DNA of 7,007 nucleotides from the IMG/VR virus record IMGVR_UViG_2529292874_000015. The stretch is one strand, 5' to 3'. The notes under the pieces were generated by a model, which saw only the letters and a program-made list of their open reading frames with translations, had not been told where the DNA came from and did no database searches. Position numbers and translations under genes: made by a program. Below, piece after piece: positions 6,402 through 7,007 of the stretch. This DNA comes from a virus (Duplodnaviria; Heunggongvirae; Uroviricota; Caudoviricetes). How positions within the stretch are numbered: position 1 is the first letter of the stretch; each line of letters starts with the position of its first letter.

Positions 6402-6491
6402 CCCTGAAACGGGAATTTTTTCTCTGCGTGAGAGGGGGCGCGGTGTCCGGAGCGATCGTTTTTTTCGCCGGATGATCCCCCCCGAGTCTGG

Positions 6492-6857
6492 TCACAGTCC
6501 GATGATATCGTCTGCCCTGCCATGACCTCCGGACACCTCCGGCAGCGTCGGGTCCGGCATACCACCCGCCGCTTCACGAGCAGACTTCTGTCGATGGCAT
6601 TCGGTACAGAGCGTCCAGAGATTCGTCTCCTCATTACCACCACCGAACTGAAGTGCAATTCGGTGATCGAGTTCACTGTCACAGAGGTCAACCACGCGTC
6701 TACAGAGACAACAGTGTCCGGCATCCCTCCGCCAGATACGACGTTTGAGGGAAACCCGGGCACTGCCACTGACACGACGCTGTTCCCCCCTCAGGACATT
6801 TATCCGCCGGGTGTTCAGAGTTTTGATTCTGCCCGGTAACGTACGAAGCACAGCCAT
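6492..6857 (-). CDS. HNH endonuclease (phage packaging-associated)
   Basis: 121-codon ORF, ATG 6857..6855 with GAGGA 6 nt upstream; HNH/zinc-finger motif HCCLCRRVVDLCDSELDHRIALQFGGGNEETNLWTLCTECHRQK (C-x2-C … DH … N … C-x2-C-H); located immediately upstream of terS, as in cos-type HK97-like phages. Confidence 0.85.
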   Translation of the reverse strand: MAVLRTLPGRIKTLNTRRINVLRGEQRRVSGSARVSLKRRIWRRDAGHCCLCRRVVDLCDSELDHRIALQFGGGNEETNLWTLCTECHRQKSAREAAGGMPDPTLPEVSGGHGRADDIIGL

Positions 6858-6898
6858 GTAAAATCCTCGCCATATAGCTTGTCACCAGAGGAAAGAAA

Positions 6899-7007
6899 AT
6901 GTCATCGAAAAACCGGACCCGCAGAACCACAATCCGCAATATCCGTTTCCCCAATCACATGATTGAACAGATCAATATCGCCCTTGAACATAAAGGTTCC
7001 GGTAACT
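6899..7007 (+). CDS. Partial ORF (N-terminal 36 codons, continues beyond the right edge): small RHH-like DNA-binding protein, YlcI/DUF3950-like
   Basis: ATG 6899..6901 with AGAGG 7 nt upstream; MSSKNRTRRTTIRNIRFPNHMIEQINIALEHKGSGN; basic N-terminus, a beta-strand-like TIRNIRFP followed by helix-like MIEQINIAL (ribbon-helix-helix pattern); resembles small prophage proteins found next to terminase genes in enterobacterial lambdoid prophages (from memory, not searched). Confidence 0.5.
   Translation, partial: MSSKNRTRRTTIRNIRFPNHMIEQINIALEHKGSGN

Noticed and set aside
6204-6491. Small ORFs within the HNH-terS intergenic region (e.g. plus-strand ATG 6371 about 34 codons; minus-strand ATG 6270 overlapping the terS start)
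   Set aside because: Short, no ribosome-binding sites, and they run through the palindromic repeats; the region is better explained as a non-coding recognition/regulatory region.
6858-6898. Sigma-70 promoters for the divergent HNH and RHH genes
   Set aside because: Only partial hexamer matches (for example TAAAAT at 6859..6864 without a suitably spaced -35); not enough to call a promoter from sequence alone.
6395-6954. ORFs overlapping the HNH gene in other frames (6395..6775 -, 6522..6839 +, 6700..6954 -)
   Set aside because: Overlap the HNH ORF, which carries the complete Cys4 HNH motif and a good ribosome-binding site; 6700..6954 would also overlap the plus-strand RHH gene start; compositions are not protein-like.
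1-7007. Defence or anti-defence system, toxin-antitoxin pair, integrase, att site, tRNA, rRNA
   Set aside because: Nothing in the window shows the corresponding motifs or structures; gene content is fully accounted for by packaging and head genes plus one small RHH-like ORF.

Overview
This window is the DNA-packaging and head-morphogenesis module of an HK97-like, cos-type tailed-phage element (prophage, prophage remnant or capsid-encoding satellite; the window alone cannot decide), in GC-rich, enterobacterial-looking DNA. I did not recognise a clearly novel biological system. All substantive genes are on the minus strand, read from high to low coordinates: HNH endonuclease (6857->6492) -> 288-bp intergenic region with a cluster of GTTAAC-centred palindromic repeats (candidate cos / terminase-recognition region) -> small terminase (6203->5640) -> large terminase (5662->3983) -> prohead protease + scaffold-like delta region + HK97-fold major capsid protein in one reading frame (3919->1981, with frame breaks in the protease part) -> portal (1936->405, with a frame break near 845-875) -> a translationally coupled tandem-repeat protein of unknown function that runs off the left edge (408->1). 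On the plus strand only a truncated RHH-like gene (6899->edge) is credible; it is head-to-head with the HNH gene. No tRNA/rRNA, CRISPR array, IS element or recognisable defence/anti-defence gene was found. Most notable: (i) the prohead-protease catalytic block LWQHD lies out of frame between two compensating homopolymer-length changes, (ii) the GTTAAC repeat array, (iii) the repeat protein after the portal, (iv) the non-canonical gene order and protease-capsid fusion. All family assignments are motif recognition by eye and from memory, not database searches.
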